DNA from: Leucoraja erinacea
Lineage: Eukaryota
DNA: 64,000 nt
Assembly (NCBI RefSeq): GCF_028641065.1
Contig: NC_073401.1
Span: 20,336,001 to 20,400,000 of the forward strand
Direction of reading: 5' to 3'
Both the position numbers and the translations under genes were made by a program. How positions within the stretch are numbered: the stretch's first letter is position 1; every line of letters begins with the position of its first letter. The notes under the pieces were generated by a model. The model ran no database searches. It worked only from the letters and a program-made list of their open reading frames with translations, and was not told the origin of the DNA. This document shows, one piece after another, positions 1-14,200 of this stretch.

Positions 1-396
1 ATTGAGGGGGGATCTTGTAGAAATGTACAAAATTTTTAAGGGGTTGGACAGGCTAGATGCAGGAAGATTGTTCCCGATGTTGGGGAAGTTCAGGACAAGG
101 GGTCACAGTTTAAGGATAAAGGGGAATCTTTAGGACCGAGATGAGAAAAAAAACATTTCACACAGAGAGGGTGAATCTCTGGAACTCTCTGCCACAGAAG
201 GTAGGTGAGGCCAGTTCATTGGCTATATTTAAGAGGGAGTTAGATGTGGCCCTTGTGGCTAAAAGGATCAGGGGGTATGGAGAGAAGGCAGGTACAGGAC
301 ACCGAGTTGGATGATCAGCCATGATCATATTAAATGGCGGTGCAGGCTCGAAGGGCCGAATGGCCTATTCCTGCACCTATTTTCTATGTTTCTATG
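1..396 (+). mobile_element. CR1 LINE 3' end
   Basis: [19 protein letters not shown]-coding sequence, CR1 3' UTR and (TTCTATGT)n tail. Confidence 0.9.
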
Positions 397-1122
397 AGCC
401 AGCACCGCCATTCACTGTGATCATGGTTGATCATCCACATTCAGTACTCCGCTATCTTTAAGAGCTCTATCTAAAATATTTTCGCTTCCCGAGACAGAAT
501 TCCACAGATTCACAACTCTCTGGGTAAAAAATATTTTTCTAAATAGCCTACCCCTTATTCTTAAACTGTAGCCCCTGGTTCTGGACTCCAACATCGGGAA
601 CATGTTCCCTGCCTCTAGCGTGTCCAATCCCTTAATAATCTTATATGTTTCAATAAGATCCCCTCTCAACCTTCTAAATTCCAGTATACTGGCCCAACCG
701 CTCCATTCAATCGACATACGACAGTCCCGCCATTCCGGGAATTAACCTTGTGAATCTACGCTGCACACCCTCAATAGCAAGAATGTCCTTCCTCAAATTT
801 GGTGACCAAAACTGCACACAATACTCCAGGTGTGGTCTCACTAGGGCCCTGTTCAACTGCAGAATTACCTCTTTGCTCCTCTACTAAACTCCTCTTGTTA
901 TGAAGGCCAACATGCCATGAGCTTGCTTCACTGCCTGCTGTACCTGTATGCTTACTTTCAGTGAGTGATGAACAAGGACCCCCAGATCTCTTTGTACTTC
1001 CCCTTTTCCCAATTTGATACCATTCAGATAATAATCTGCCTTCCTGTTTTTGCCACCAAAGTGGATAACCTCACATTTATCCACAGTAAACTGCTATGCA
1101 CCACCCACTCACCCAACCTGTC
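397..1122 (-). mobile_element. CR1 LINE 3' fragment, inverted relative to 1-396
   Basis: ORFs 421..717 and 884..1084 ([25 protein letters not shown]). Confidence 0.9.
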
Positions 1123-2058
1123 CAGGGAGGGATTGGCTCAGGAGTGACAGGTCAGAGAAGAGTAAAGAAATTTATTAAAGAAACTTAGAAGAGTTTTAAA
1201 TCTTTGGAATTCTGTCCGATTATGGTATGGATGGTCAGGCATTAAAAAGGCCAAATAGATTCTTGGAAAAATCAAGGAGATGACGCAGGAAAGTACAGAA
1301 TCAACAATTATCTAATTCAGTAAAACATAAAGCACTGGAGAAGGGCCCTGACCCAAAACTTTGCATGTCCAGCTCTTCCACAGATGCTGCCTGACCCACT
1401 TATCAAAGTGTCAAAGTAAAGTACTTTGTTATTTACTCAAGATTCCAGTGTCTGCTGTTTCTTTGCTTTCTATGATCTTATTAAATGAGAGAGCAGATTT
1501 GGGGGTCTACGGAGCCTAATCTAACCTATTTTATTTATTTAAAATACAGTGCCCACAGTTGGCTCAGCATCAAGAGCAAATCATCGGCTCAAAATGTGTG
1601 TCCATTTCCTCCATAGATGTTGCCTGACCCACTGAGTTCACTTCGGACTTTGTGTTTTGCTCAGGATTCCAGCATCTGCAGTTTCTTGTGTCTCCATTTG
1701 ACCCTTTATTAGATATGCCATGACTCTGATCAGAATGCCATAGCTAGGAACCTTGTTAAAATTGAGCTGAATGTCACAAATCAAGGGACTATGGATTAAA
1801 CAGAATGCAACTAAAGGCAGGTGGAGGAGGACTGCCACAAGACTCAGCTTCCCCTACTTACAAGACTGTCAGCAGCTGTTTGTCACTACAATGTAATGTG
1901 TACATTTACACATAGATAGGAGTATGACTCAGCAACAGATCCCTTTTACACTACATTATGGCACACAGGGCCAGCCTCTGGTGTGCTAACACATAATTGA
2001 GAACATATGATACCTTCTTCAAAAGTGGCAACATTTTTCACAATGAGGGCTGTTTTAC

Positions 2059-2224
2059 CTTGATGGCAGGAACTTGACCAGCAGTTCCTGAAAGTCTATT
2101 TTCTCTTCTTTCTTACACTTGGTGTTTCTCACTCGGGCCGAACGCCTCTTAGCTGGCTCCCCAACCTCATCAGCAGTCCGCTTCCTCTTGGAGCCTTTCT
2201 TTGACTTGTCCATGATTAAAGAGT
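2059..2224 (-). CDS. CABIN1: CABIN1 exon ([55 protein letters not shown])
   Basis: Within ORF 2055..2243; phase-1 gcag acceptor (less certain), AG|gtaaaa donor. Confidence 0.9.
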
Positions 2225-5200
2225 CTGCTTCAATACGAAACATTCAGAAATGACTTACAGAAGCAACAGGGTTGGCATTTTACTACAAGGATTTTGCTAC
2301 ATCAATCTGAAAAATAAAGCCATACTTCACAACCAGCAATTGATTGTATGATTTACTGGGAGTGATGTTGAGTTTAACACAACTAGTCAAAGATAATCGG
2401 CAGTCAATGGATGTCTGATGATTGGAACATCGATATTGACTGCCCTGCCCATTATCATTGTTTATTGTGAATGTTCCTGTATGTGATAAAATAGTGTAAA
2501 GATTCACATCTTCACATTCAGACCTTCCATAGTTGCACCCATCCTTTGTCTATAGTCTCTTCCAGCCCACAACCCCCTCAGCCTTTGTGTGAATTAGTTA
2601 TTGCATCTGATATCTGACAACTGATGATGATAGAAAACAGGAAGAAATCAAGAAGTGGTTAGATGTGCATCAAAGCAGCAAATGAAATTCAATCACATAA
2701 ATGTGAGGAGTTGTATTTGGTGAAGGCAAGAGGATTTACAATGTGGAAGCATACTAAAAAGTGGAGGAGGGAATGCACACTCAGATCCCTTAAAGTAGAA
2801 GAAAGGCAGATAAAGTGGTGAAGTTGAGATACAGAATATTTTTCATCACTGCTCAAATTGTGAAATATAAGATGAGAAAGGTTATTCCAGAACCAAAAGA
2901 AAACACTAGTGTGGTCACAGCACAGCGTACAGTCTTGACCATCATATTGATGCAAGTATCGCAATATCATCAGAGATTATAGTGGAGATTTAATAGGGTA
3001 CTTCCAAGATTGATGAATTATATTAAGATGAGACTACTAGCTTTTCTATGGAAGTCTGAAGTCAAAGAAATCTTACTTGCCAATAACCATTTGTGGATCC
3101 CAAGGTGAGTAGAGTCTTCTACAGGATCTGCAGATTTTGCCATAGACAGAGGAGGTAAAGCCTAATGGAGCAAATGGGTGAGTTCTTGTTTGTTGTAGGT
3201 TCTTTCTGACTGCTAGTGCTTGGTCTCCACTTACTCCTATTGTAGAGAGTCAAAGTGCTCTGACAGATTGAGCAGTCTGGTGCAAGGAATGTCCATGAGT
3301 CAGGGAAAGTATTTGTTTCAGGAGCCTGATGGCAGGCATGCATCAAACTGGCTCATCTATCAAATCTGACTGAGCCTATTCAGAGACTTATTGAGGATGA
3401 TGGCCTGAGGGAAGACACTGATGTTGGATCACTTGAAGGATTTGAAGGATTTGGCTGAGACAATATTGGTGGCACCTCTCGAGTGTTTTGAGTTTAACCG
3501 AACTTTAACTTAACTTAAAGAAGCTTAACTGAACAACCAGATCAGCAAAACAGCCATATAAGCAGACAAGGCAGCATCTATGGAGTGAAGGAAATAGGCA
3601 ACGTTTCGGGTCGAAACCCTTCTTCAGACTGATGTGAGGGTGGGGGGAGGGAAGAAGAAAGGAAGTGGGCTGAGGGAGAGCTGAGAAGGTAGGGACTATC
3701 TGAAATTAGAGAAGTCAATGTTCATACCGCTGGGGTGCAGACCTCTCAAGCAAAATTTGAGGTGCTGCTCCTCCAATTTATGGTGGTCCTCACACTGGCC
3801 ATGGAGGAGGCCCAGGACAGAAAGGTCGGATTTGGAATGGCAGGGGGAGTTGAAGTGCTGAGCCACCGGGACATCAGGTTGGTTATTGCGAATCGAACGG
3901 AGCTGTTCAGCGAAGCGATTACCAAGCCTACGCTTGGTCTCACCGGTGTAGAGCAGCTGACATCTAGAGCAGCGGATGCAATAGATGAGGTTGGAGGAGG
4001 TGCAGGTGAACCTCTGCCACACCTGGAAAGACTGCTTAAGCATTCATTTTTCTACTAAAATCTCAACCACATTGGGGGTTCATGATGGTCACCAGATTTC
4101 CGCGAGAATACCTACTCCAAGCATTTTCCCCCACCCCCTTTTTCAATTGTATCGATGTCACATACTTGGCAATTGGAACAAGAGTGGGAGAGGATGACCG
4201 ATCACTTCTAAGGATCTCCAACAATATTTTAAAAACCGAATGATTATATTTTTAAAAAGCCCATTCAAAAGCTATTTTCTCACTATATCCCACCATTCTT
4301 CATAATTGCAGATATAAATAGCATTCATACTAACCTTGCACCACAACAGCTTCTGCTACATTTGAAGTAGGAGGTGGAGCAGCTGGTGTAACTGTGGCTG
4401 GCGCTGGTGCTGGTATTGTTGGTGTTGTCACCACTGGTGCAGGACTGGAAGTCGTGGGATTGGGCTGGATGACGCTGACAGGTGTGCCTGTTGGTGATGT
4501 CAAGAGATGCTGGGAAGGATCTCTGTACATGCAAAGATCTATCATCCTACCAAGACCAGGGTGAGGTGGCTCAGATAATGTCAAATTTATGTATGTAGCC
4601 AGTAAGCTCTCACCTAGGCACATCCACCTGCAATAAGAAAACAATGTTACTTGTCGGAACAAGTATTTTAACAGTACAACGCCTCTACTTCCTTAGAAGG
4701 CTTAGGAAGTTTGGCATGTTACAGTACACGTGAAACTAAACTTGCAAACAAGTATATATTATCCTCGAATCCGTTGTTCATATCGCTGACACTGATTGCG
4801 ATTACCAAAGCCCCTATGCCAATTCCTACGACACCCCACTAGTTACAGCATCAGAAAATGACCCACTTATTCCTACTCTGCTTTCTGTCCAGTAACTAAC
4901 TCCAAACCTCCGTCAGTGTGTCACTGTCAATTGTATGGTCTTATATTTGTTAAATAATTTCCTCCAGGCTTTTGAAAATCCACATACCAAATTCATTTAT
5001 GTAGCTTTACCTATTCTATGGGTTACAACCAAAAAATCCAACAGATCTATCAGTTATAATTTCCTTTTCATAAATTCATGTTAACTCTGCCATTACTAAA
5101 TTCTAAGTGCCCTGTTAGCATTTACTCAATAATAGATTCCGGCATTTCACCCCACTACTGATGATCGGCTAATTGATTTACAGACTGTCTGCACATGTAC

Positions 5201-8200
5201 CATAATACGTCTTAATATAGTTTTCTAATCTACCATAAACAACTCATGCCTCACACCTTTACAATTTGCTTTCTTCAATTTAAGACTGTTTCATATTGAA
5301 GTAAATTATTTTTCCATTACGTTGTGTACAAAATTCTACATTACCAATACTCCTCCCTATAACCTGTTAACTGCCAAATTATTATTGATTCCTTTCTCAT
5401 TGCAGTCTTCGATCCAAAATCTCCTGCTCACACAGTTCCTCAGTATACTAAACTGGAAAATCAACTGGTATTTGGCCTCCACACTATTACACCCAACTTG
5501 GTGAGCATCAACAAGAGATCTACAGATGCAAAAACCTTGATAAATTTGGTCTAAAATAGCAAAAGTCAAATATCGTTCAATTATAATTGTAATTAATTTA
5601 TTAGCAAAGTATGTAAAAACACACAAGGAATTTGATTTGCCATACAGTCATAGCAAAAAAGCAACAAGACACACAACTACATAAAAATTAACATAAACAT
5701 CCACCACTGTGATGGAAGCCGATAACTTATTATCTTCTTCCCTCCTTTTCTCCCGCGGTCGGGGCAGTCGAACCATCCTCAGTCTGGGCGATCGAAGCTC
5801 CCGCATTGGGGCGATCGAAGCTCCTGCAAACTCCTGCGGTTGGAGCTCCCGAAGTTGATCCCTGACAAAGGGATCGCAAGCTCTACGATGTTAAGTGTGC
5901 AGGCTCCCACGGTTGGAGATCCCGAAGTCAATCCCCAGCAAAGTGAACGCCAGCTCCACGATGTTAGGGCGTAGTGCAGACGGAGATACGATGCAGAAAA
6001 AGTCTCATCTGCGTCGAGGTCTGAATTCTGAACCACATTGCAATAATCAGTGGGCACTTTTTTTGTTATGAACACGAGAAGAGCAAAGCACCTAAAAATT
6101 CAGAGACCTCGTGTGACCAGGATCTGATAGAATAGCAAAAATCACACTAATATAATCAGCTCTGACCTATTATTGACTGGAAGGCCATCTACAACTCAGC
6201 ATTGCAACAAATAACATAATTCCCAACAAGGTGGGGGGAAACAGACTGATGTTCCAGCTCCAGCCTAGAACTTACATCACAACATACCTTATGACAAGAA
6301 TACCATGACTTTCATCAAATAAATTCAGGATTGGATTGAGAATATCGAGTAAAAATTGGCTTTAATGACTACATCTATTTAATTCAGGACCCCTCATATA
6401 GCAAAGGAATATGATCTCAATTACAGAAATTTAGGACAATGTAAATGGAGGGCATCAAAATTCAAAATGTTAACTTAGTTATGTCATGCAAAGTGGCGTC
6501 AAGACATGTTTTCATTTTATCTAGTTTTACAATTTCTGAATAGCAGATTATATACTTCCCTAATGCGAATGGAATCCATACATCACACCCTTTTGCCCAA
6601 AACACATGGTAGTCAACATGATAGTTAAAACATCAGCACACAGGTTTAATGTGAACTTCACTAACAGTCCTTATTGGTTACGTACGTGAACTGAGATATT
6701 GGTTGTGCAAGCTGAAGATCTGGCTCCTCATCTTGAACTGCCAAAGCCTGTTTATTTCTGCGTAGCTCAAGAGCTTCCTCAATCACAGCTCTGGCCTCGG
6801 CTGGATCCACATCCAAAGCGTGAATAGACATATCGCTAAATACAAAAAGATGACGCAGAATAAGTAACTTTCAGAGTGAAAGCTAATAACAGGAATAGCC
6901 TGTTTTTTTGGCGTATTGTGTTCCGTTTTGAATTAAGATCAGCGAGGAGAAAAGCTCATCTGACTTCAATTCAACAGATAGTCCTGACTTTGACACATTA
7001 GTTTCCACATACAAGGTCTCAACATACCTTTGCATGCTAGATGCCTTTGAGGAAAATGAATACAATCTATAATTTTCCTTTATCCTTGTAGTCTTCTCTC
7101 CCCCCCAGAAATGCATCCAGAACTACTCTTTAATCACATTAGACAAAGCGTATTTTGATAAATCAAGGAGAAATTTGAGGAGTCACATGGCTGATACCAA
7201 GAGACTGCTCCTTCCACAACTCCGTTTCTCATGCCTTCCCTCCCAAACCACCCCCTCCCCAGGTACTTTCTCCTGCAACCTCCTCTCTCAACACTGTCCA
7301 AGGTCCCGACAGTCCTTTCGAATGAGGCATAGGTTTACTTGCTAGCTTGCTTATATGTCTGTTAAAAGATAATAACCTACCATTTCAAGAACATACGAAA
7401 AGAATCCTTTCTCAAGCAAGGCTGTTCTTCAAATATCTTCTCTTTCAAAACTAAGCCTTTGCTATACCGGCAGTCCTTCTCCAAAGCTTTACATATGTAG
7501 TATAGACAATCTGAAATGAGAAATCAAAGAGATTTCATGTGTTTTGTTTCAAATTATGCTAAACTATCATGTGCATTTCAAAAACCATGTTAAACTTTAT
7601 GTGGAAACATTGCATTTTTGCTTTGAATCAGGAGATTAAGGAAATTTGGCAGGTCTCCATCGACTCCTATCAATTTCTACAGGTGCACCATAGAAAGCAT
7701 ACTATCAGGTTGCATCAGTTTGGTTTGGGTACAGCTCTACTCAAGACTGAAAGAATTTGCAAAGAGTTGTGGATGCAGCCGAGTCCATCACTCAGAACAG
7801 ACTCCCCACCATTGGCTCCATCTACACGTCACGCTGCTTCAGGAGGGCAGCCAAGGATGTCGGTCATTCCACCTTCTTCTGCTCCTGTCAGACAGAAGTT
7901 TGAAAGCACATACCACCATTCTCAGCAACAGTTTCTTCCCCTCTGTTATCAGGCTTCTGAACCATTTTCCCCATGAAGCAAGGTGAAGTCCCATTCCTCC
8001 AATTGCGCACATTGGACTTTTTCCCTCGGGAACTGTAATGCTACATTGCTGAACACTATATTCTACACTCTGGCGTCTTTTCTCCTTGTTTTACCTGTTG
8101 TGCTGTGTATGGATTGATAGTATTAATGTATAGTATTATCTGATATAATTGGATAGCATGCAAACAAAAGCATTTCACTGTATCTCACTACACATGATAA

Positions 8201-11200
8201 TAATAAACCAAAGGTAGACACAAGATGCTGGAGTAACTCAGTGGGACAGGCAGCATTTCTAGAGAGAAGGAATGGGTGACGTTTCGGGTCGAGACCCTTC
8301 TTCAGATTGATAAACCAATACCAATAGAGAAATGGATTGGGACTTTAATTAGTGGTCAACGAAGACCACAAGTAACACAGGAGGTTAAAAGAGCATTGTA
8401 TTTCACTTTTCACTAGAATGGACTATTGTGTCTGTGGGCCAAGGTTTTGTCTCCAATAGATTAGGGAGTATATAACTAAAGTAGCACAAGGACCTTTTCT
8501 CACAATACTGCCAGTGTGCAGCTCATGAAGAAATGCGGGGACTCTAAGTTTATCATCAAGCTATCTATCCAAATGGATCTGCTTCTACCAAACTCACGAT
8601 TTCCAAACCATCACTAGCATCCTTGCATTAGCTGCTCAACAATGCATAATTGCAATTTTTCTAAAGTGTTTTTAAAATTGAACATATTCCCACTATTTTG
8701 CTCCAAAATACTACATCGTTTTTCTAATTAAAAAAATGTAAATACCATTCCAATTGCAAATTCTTACAAAACATTAAAAATGGAAAATAAGAAATTTACA
8801 CTACATCTATATTGAACTTTGATTGGATCATACTTGCCATTCTGCATGCAGTCTTTATAAAAACAATGCAGAGATCATCATAAAAACAAGATGCAGCAGA
8901 GAGAATTTACAAGGTAGATCAGATTGGGTTTGTTTACACTTGAGAAAAAGGCTGGGAGATAATCTAACCTAGGCTTTTAAAAATGACAATGGGTTATTAT
9001 TAAATAGAACATTTTCCCAACTGAGTAAAAAGCTAAACTTGACACCATCATTAGATGATAATCACCAGCAAATGTTATCTGTGTCCATTTCAGATTTGGA
9101 TCTATATTCTAATAAAATTGTGGAGATGTACTGGAATCCTGCTTAGCCAATAGATATTAGATCTTGGTCCTAAAACAGTCATCCACGGGGTTTTTGTGCT
9201 GCTGTGAGAGGGAGCTGGTGTAAGTCTGTATCCTTCATAGACATATCTGCAACAATGAAAACGGCGGTCTCATTTTCATGTGAAGACACAAGCAACTGCA
9301 GATGCTGGAAGCTGGTTGATTGCCACTTGACTCACTGTGAAACGAAGGACTGAGGTAAATATACAGAAGCTGTCTGTGAGGGCTGCCTGGGTTGGGTTGG
9401 CTTGGATGAGTAGTGTTGCCGCTCTGCACTGAGATGCTGGGCTCAAAGTGAGTGCACACCCTTGCTGGGTTAGTCGCTGGCCTCATTGGTTTATTACCAA
9501 GGAGAAATCTTTGAACAGAGGAGAGCTGTGTGCCAGCAGTGGGGGAAAATAATTTCCATCATTTCCAACTGAGAAGAGAGATCGTAGGACTGCCGTTTTT
9601 GTAGTTCAAAAATATATATTATTCATTACATGTACGGTAAATACAATCGCTAGTCATCGTTCTCTGTTCATCATACCATCAATTCAATGCACTTTCTTAC
9701 AACGCATCAACACCACTTGGTTCTGGTGAGTTCTGGTGATGAGGCATTCTGCAAACGACAGTCTGTTCAGGAAACCATCTCATGGAATCCATCATGTTGT
9801 TCTCTCGAGTGCTAGCAGGACTTTCTATACTGATCGCTGACTGATGGAAGTGGTCAGAGGTGTTTTTCCAGAGCAACAAGGTCCAACTGAAAGGAACACT
9901 GAGTAACAAAAAGGTTAACCCCATCCTTAGCAACACCAAGGACAGGTAGAACCTCAGTACATAGTAACACTTGGCGTTTTCAAACTTTGGTTCTGCACAC
10001 AGCTTGAGGCAACCGCAGACAAACGTGCCCATCAGGACCAGGACAATTTTGGGTATGCTTCCCCCCCCCCCCCCGAACTCAGTAGAGAGTCATGGAGTGC
10101 ATCCAATGGGTCACCATGCGCCTTGGATCTGCAAACAAAACTGGAGATAGCTCTGGTACTGCCATGGCACAAGAGCATGGTATTTACCACATCAAGTGAA
10201 TCTCACAGCTGCGGATCATGTTCTTGCCCACCATTAAAAGAGGGTGCCACTCTCACATTCCCACCTTGTCTTCTGCTCCAGCTAATTCTTGCTACACATC
10301 TCGGCCCCTGCAAACCAGATTCCCACCACTTGGTAGCCTGTTAACAGATAAAACAGTTGCTGTCATTCCACAGCACTGCCTACACTCATCATAACCACCA
10401 GGAACAGTCTGAGCTACACCAACAACTGTGCCATCCACCACAGCTCTAACATCATCTCCTCCGAGCCACGTAGTAATCACATCATTTTAAGCATTTCATT
10501 GATGTAGACGTACCAGCAGACAACTTAGTCCTTACCAAGTCCCCACTAAAGCAGCAGGGAATTACAGAAGGCTCCTTGAAGAACATTGTGGTCAGTGATC
10601 ATTCTCTCAATAATCAATCTCTCAGTATGTAATGTCAATGCATACCTTCTGAAATAACATTTCTATTAACAATAAGGGATAAATAAGGCAATTTTTTTTG
10701 GTTGGTCTTTCTCTCCCCACACACTCCACAGGACTCATTTTTATGAAAACATTACCCTTCTGAGCCACATTTTCTTCCCCTAAAGGCGTGACAAATAATT
10801 TTATATGGCTCAGCAGGCGACTGCCTCTTCCAGGAGGTCAATCTTCATATGCAGCCCAAGTACTGGCTGACCTACTACCCTTAGGATGTTACTGAAATCA
10901 ATGTATAAACCTGCCCACTTTGAACACCTACTGCTTCCAGCAAAGGTTAGTACAATCGTCAGATGGTTATGAGATACTGCTCACTGTGCGAGGCCAATCA
11001 GAAGTACTTTAAATATCAATCTAATTGCATAAAGGGCAACTGGTAAACTCAAAAATTCTAAGAACTTGAGAGGTTTCAACTTACTGGTATAATCACTAAG
11101 TGTATATAGTACAGTGATAAGATTGTCCAGGCATGGCCAATGATCAGCATTACACTTCAGTCCTTCTTCAAAAGCATGGCGAGCCAGTGGAACTCGAATC

Positions 11201-14200
11201 AATTTCAATGCCACTCTTCCTATTTTATACCAGAGATTTACGTCAGTAGAATCCAACATTACAGCCTGTGTAGGAGAATCAATAGAAATAATGATAGGCA
11301 AGTTCAACAATAGAAATGCTGAAGTACCAACAAACGATCCATTAAACTGTTTGATAGATGAATCTTTTTCAAAATGGAAGGAATATCATCCCATCAAGGA
11401 AAACGGTCTGGTCAAAATGCAGTGCCAACATGTTGCAGTTCCTCACCACTCCTACAAAATATTCTGCTCAGAAAGCAGACGTGAAAAGTATTGCACATGC
11501 AGCAGGGCACATGGGGAGAAGAAAGGAAGAGAAGGATGTCTCTAGCAGAGCGGGTGTAAAGAGCAGTATGAATGACATTACACTTGTGAGGGCTCTTATT
11601 ACAAATTGAAGTTAGCATAGCAATTGGCATTGAGGGGATGTGAGAATGTTTTTTTGGAAAGCAGGCACCAAAGCTATCAAGATAGTTGGCAAAAAAAATT
11701 GAACCACCATCAATTTACTTCTGGCAATGACAAAAAAATGTTTCTCATTTGAATTAATTTCCTCACACATAGATTTTTTTTGCATTATTAATTAAGTTTT
11801 GTTCTTTACCTCAAGATAAAATTCCATTGCTGTACTCGGGTCATCCTTTTGGGATGCCAAACTGGCCAAGTTTTTATAGGTAGAATACTTCAGCATTAAT
11901 CCTGGGTGCTTTAAACCTTCATTCTCATCACCTGATAGAACAGCCTAAGGGAGCAAATTAGGAGAACATTAGAATGTGTACTTTCCATCAAAGTATGCAT
12001 CGACAATAGATGACCAGTAGCAAGTAGCCAGATAACTCGTTACACCAAACTCTCACTAGTTCACTACAAAAAACGATTCATTAGCAGGCTTGGCTTAATA
12101 ATATCTACTGATCTCTGCAATGGACAAAAGCTGATGTAGAGTCAAAGGAAGAGATATGAGGAGAGGCAGTATTCATTCTATAGGATAGTGCCCAAGTGAC
12201 AGGCACTCGGTCCCACAAGGTGAATCCGTTACCACTGGAGGAAGATGGCGGCAGCAGCAGCAGGCAGAGAAAAGGGGACTGTTGATGAGTGGACTGGGGC
12301 TCACCTCCCGCACGCAGCCTGCAATGGCTCAGAGCAGTGGAGATGCAGTAGAAGGAATCAACAATATTGCTTGACCAGGCCAACCTGCAACTTCAACCGA
12401 GTGCCAACACCAGGACAAAGGGTCTTTATCGCCAAGTTAAGACTCTTAACATTTTAAACATCTTTGAACTTGAAGGATACAAGATGGCGCCGGAAATGTA
12501 GCAACTCGTGCACTGCCTACGTGTAATCTACTATACTCTTTTACATGAGTATGATTGCGCCTATGAGGAGTTTTCTTAACAGTCAGAGTGCATGTGTTTG
12601 CCTGGATACAACTGAAAAGAATATTGCAAAAAATACCTAAATCTTTAATCAATAAGAAATTCAATCCACTAAAAAAAATGTAAGGAACACAAACGATAGA
12701 AGAACAGGCATCAATAGTTTACACAAGAAACCACTAAAAAGAAATACTTGCAAAAGAATCTAAATTAATTTCCATTCATCATTTCTGCGAATGTTTAAAA
12801 AAATTACGTGTGCAGCACTAAAAGGACGCTTTTCGAATTCACGTAGCCTAACAAAATAGGTCTTAAACATTTTGCTATTAATTACAAATACATTGCAATA
12901 GGGTCCTTCTGATTGTTTTCTAATGCTTACCTCTTTCAACAGCTGAGTATTCAATAGCTCATGATAAGCCTTTGTAGATTCTTCATAACGATCATGTTTT
13001 TGTAAATCTAACGCTTTGTGGTACAGGGAAAAAGCTTCTGCTTCCTATATTGATTAAAAAAAACACTGGTTAGTTTGTACATCAGCCTCCAATGAACATA
13101 CTTAGCAGAGTAAGAAAGAACTGCAGATGCTGGTAAAATTGAAGGTAGACACAAAATGCTGGAGTAACTCAGTGGTTGAGGCAGCATCTCTGGAGAGAAG
13201 GAATGGGAGACACGAGACCCGAAACATCACCCATTCCTTCTCTCCAGTGATGCTGCCTCACCCTCTGAGTTACTCCAGTATTCTGTGTTTACCTTCAACA
13301 TATTTAGCATGTCTTACATGTCTCCAGCAGACAAACAACATAAGCTGCTTAAGATATTTATCAAACCACAAGAACACAAGAAATCACAAACAGCTACAAG
13401 CCACATGCTCCCTCAAGCAAGCCCTGTCATTCAATACAATCAAAGCTTATCTGTTCTAGGCAACTCCTCTTCTAGGCCAGCCCACAAAGCCCTAAATTCC
13501 CTGAACTTTTAGTAATGGAATTCCTTGAGTAATATCACTATTTCAGAGAATCTCTGACTTTGGTAGAGAAATTCCCTACACACATCAGTTTTAACTGACA
13601 GCTTCCTTATATTCCTTATATATGTAACTACATCCCTCGTTCAGGACTCCCCCACCATCGACGGGATGGTGGCGGAGAGTCAAAAGCTTCAAATTCCTGG
13701 GCATGCATATCTCTGAAGATCTCTCCTGGACCCAGCACATTCATGCAATCATTTAAAAAAAGTCCATCAACACCTCTATTTCCTGATAAGATTGAGGAGA
13801 TTCGGTATGTCAATCAATACTCTCTTGAGCTTCAACAGATGTACATTAGAGAGCATATTAACTGGTTACATCACAGCCTAGTCAAGCAATTCGAAAGCCC
13901 AGGAACAAAGAATATTGCAGAAGGTGGTGAACACGGTCCAGTCTATCACAGGAACTAACCACCCCACCATTGAAAGGATCTACAGGAATTGCTGCCTCAA
14001 AAAGGTGACATATCAGAGACATATATCACTCTGGCCACACATTCATTTAACTCCTGCGATCGGGATGAAGGCATTAGAACCTGAAAACTGTAACACCCAG
14101 GAGCACCTTCTTTCCAACAACCATCACACTATTAAACACTACATCCTCCAAATAAGCTCGGAACTGCATAAACTTGGGACTATATAAAATAGTGCAAAGA

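Noticed and set aside
3119-3480. Possible CABIN1 exon
   Set aside because: Stops in all frames and RTE-like motifs; the flanking exons already join in phase.
4340-4480. Pro/Thr/Ala-rich stretch in CABIN1
   Set aside because: Ordinary variable low-complexity linker.
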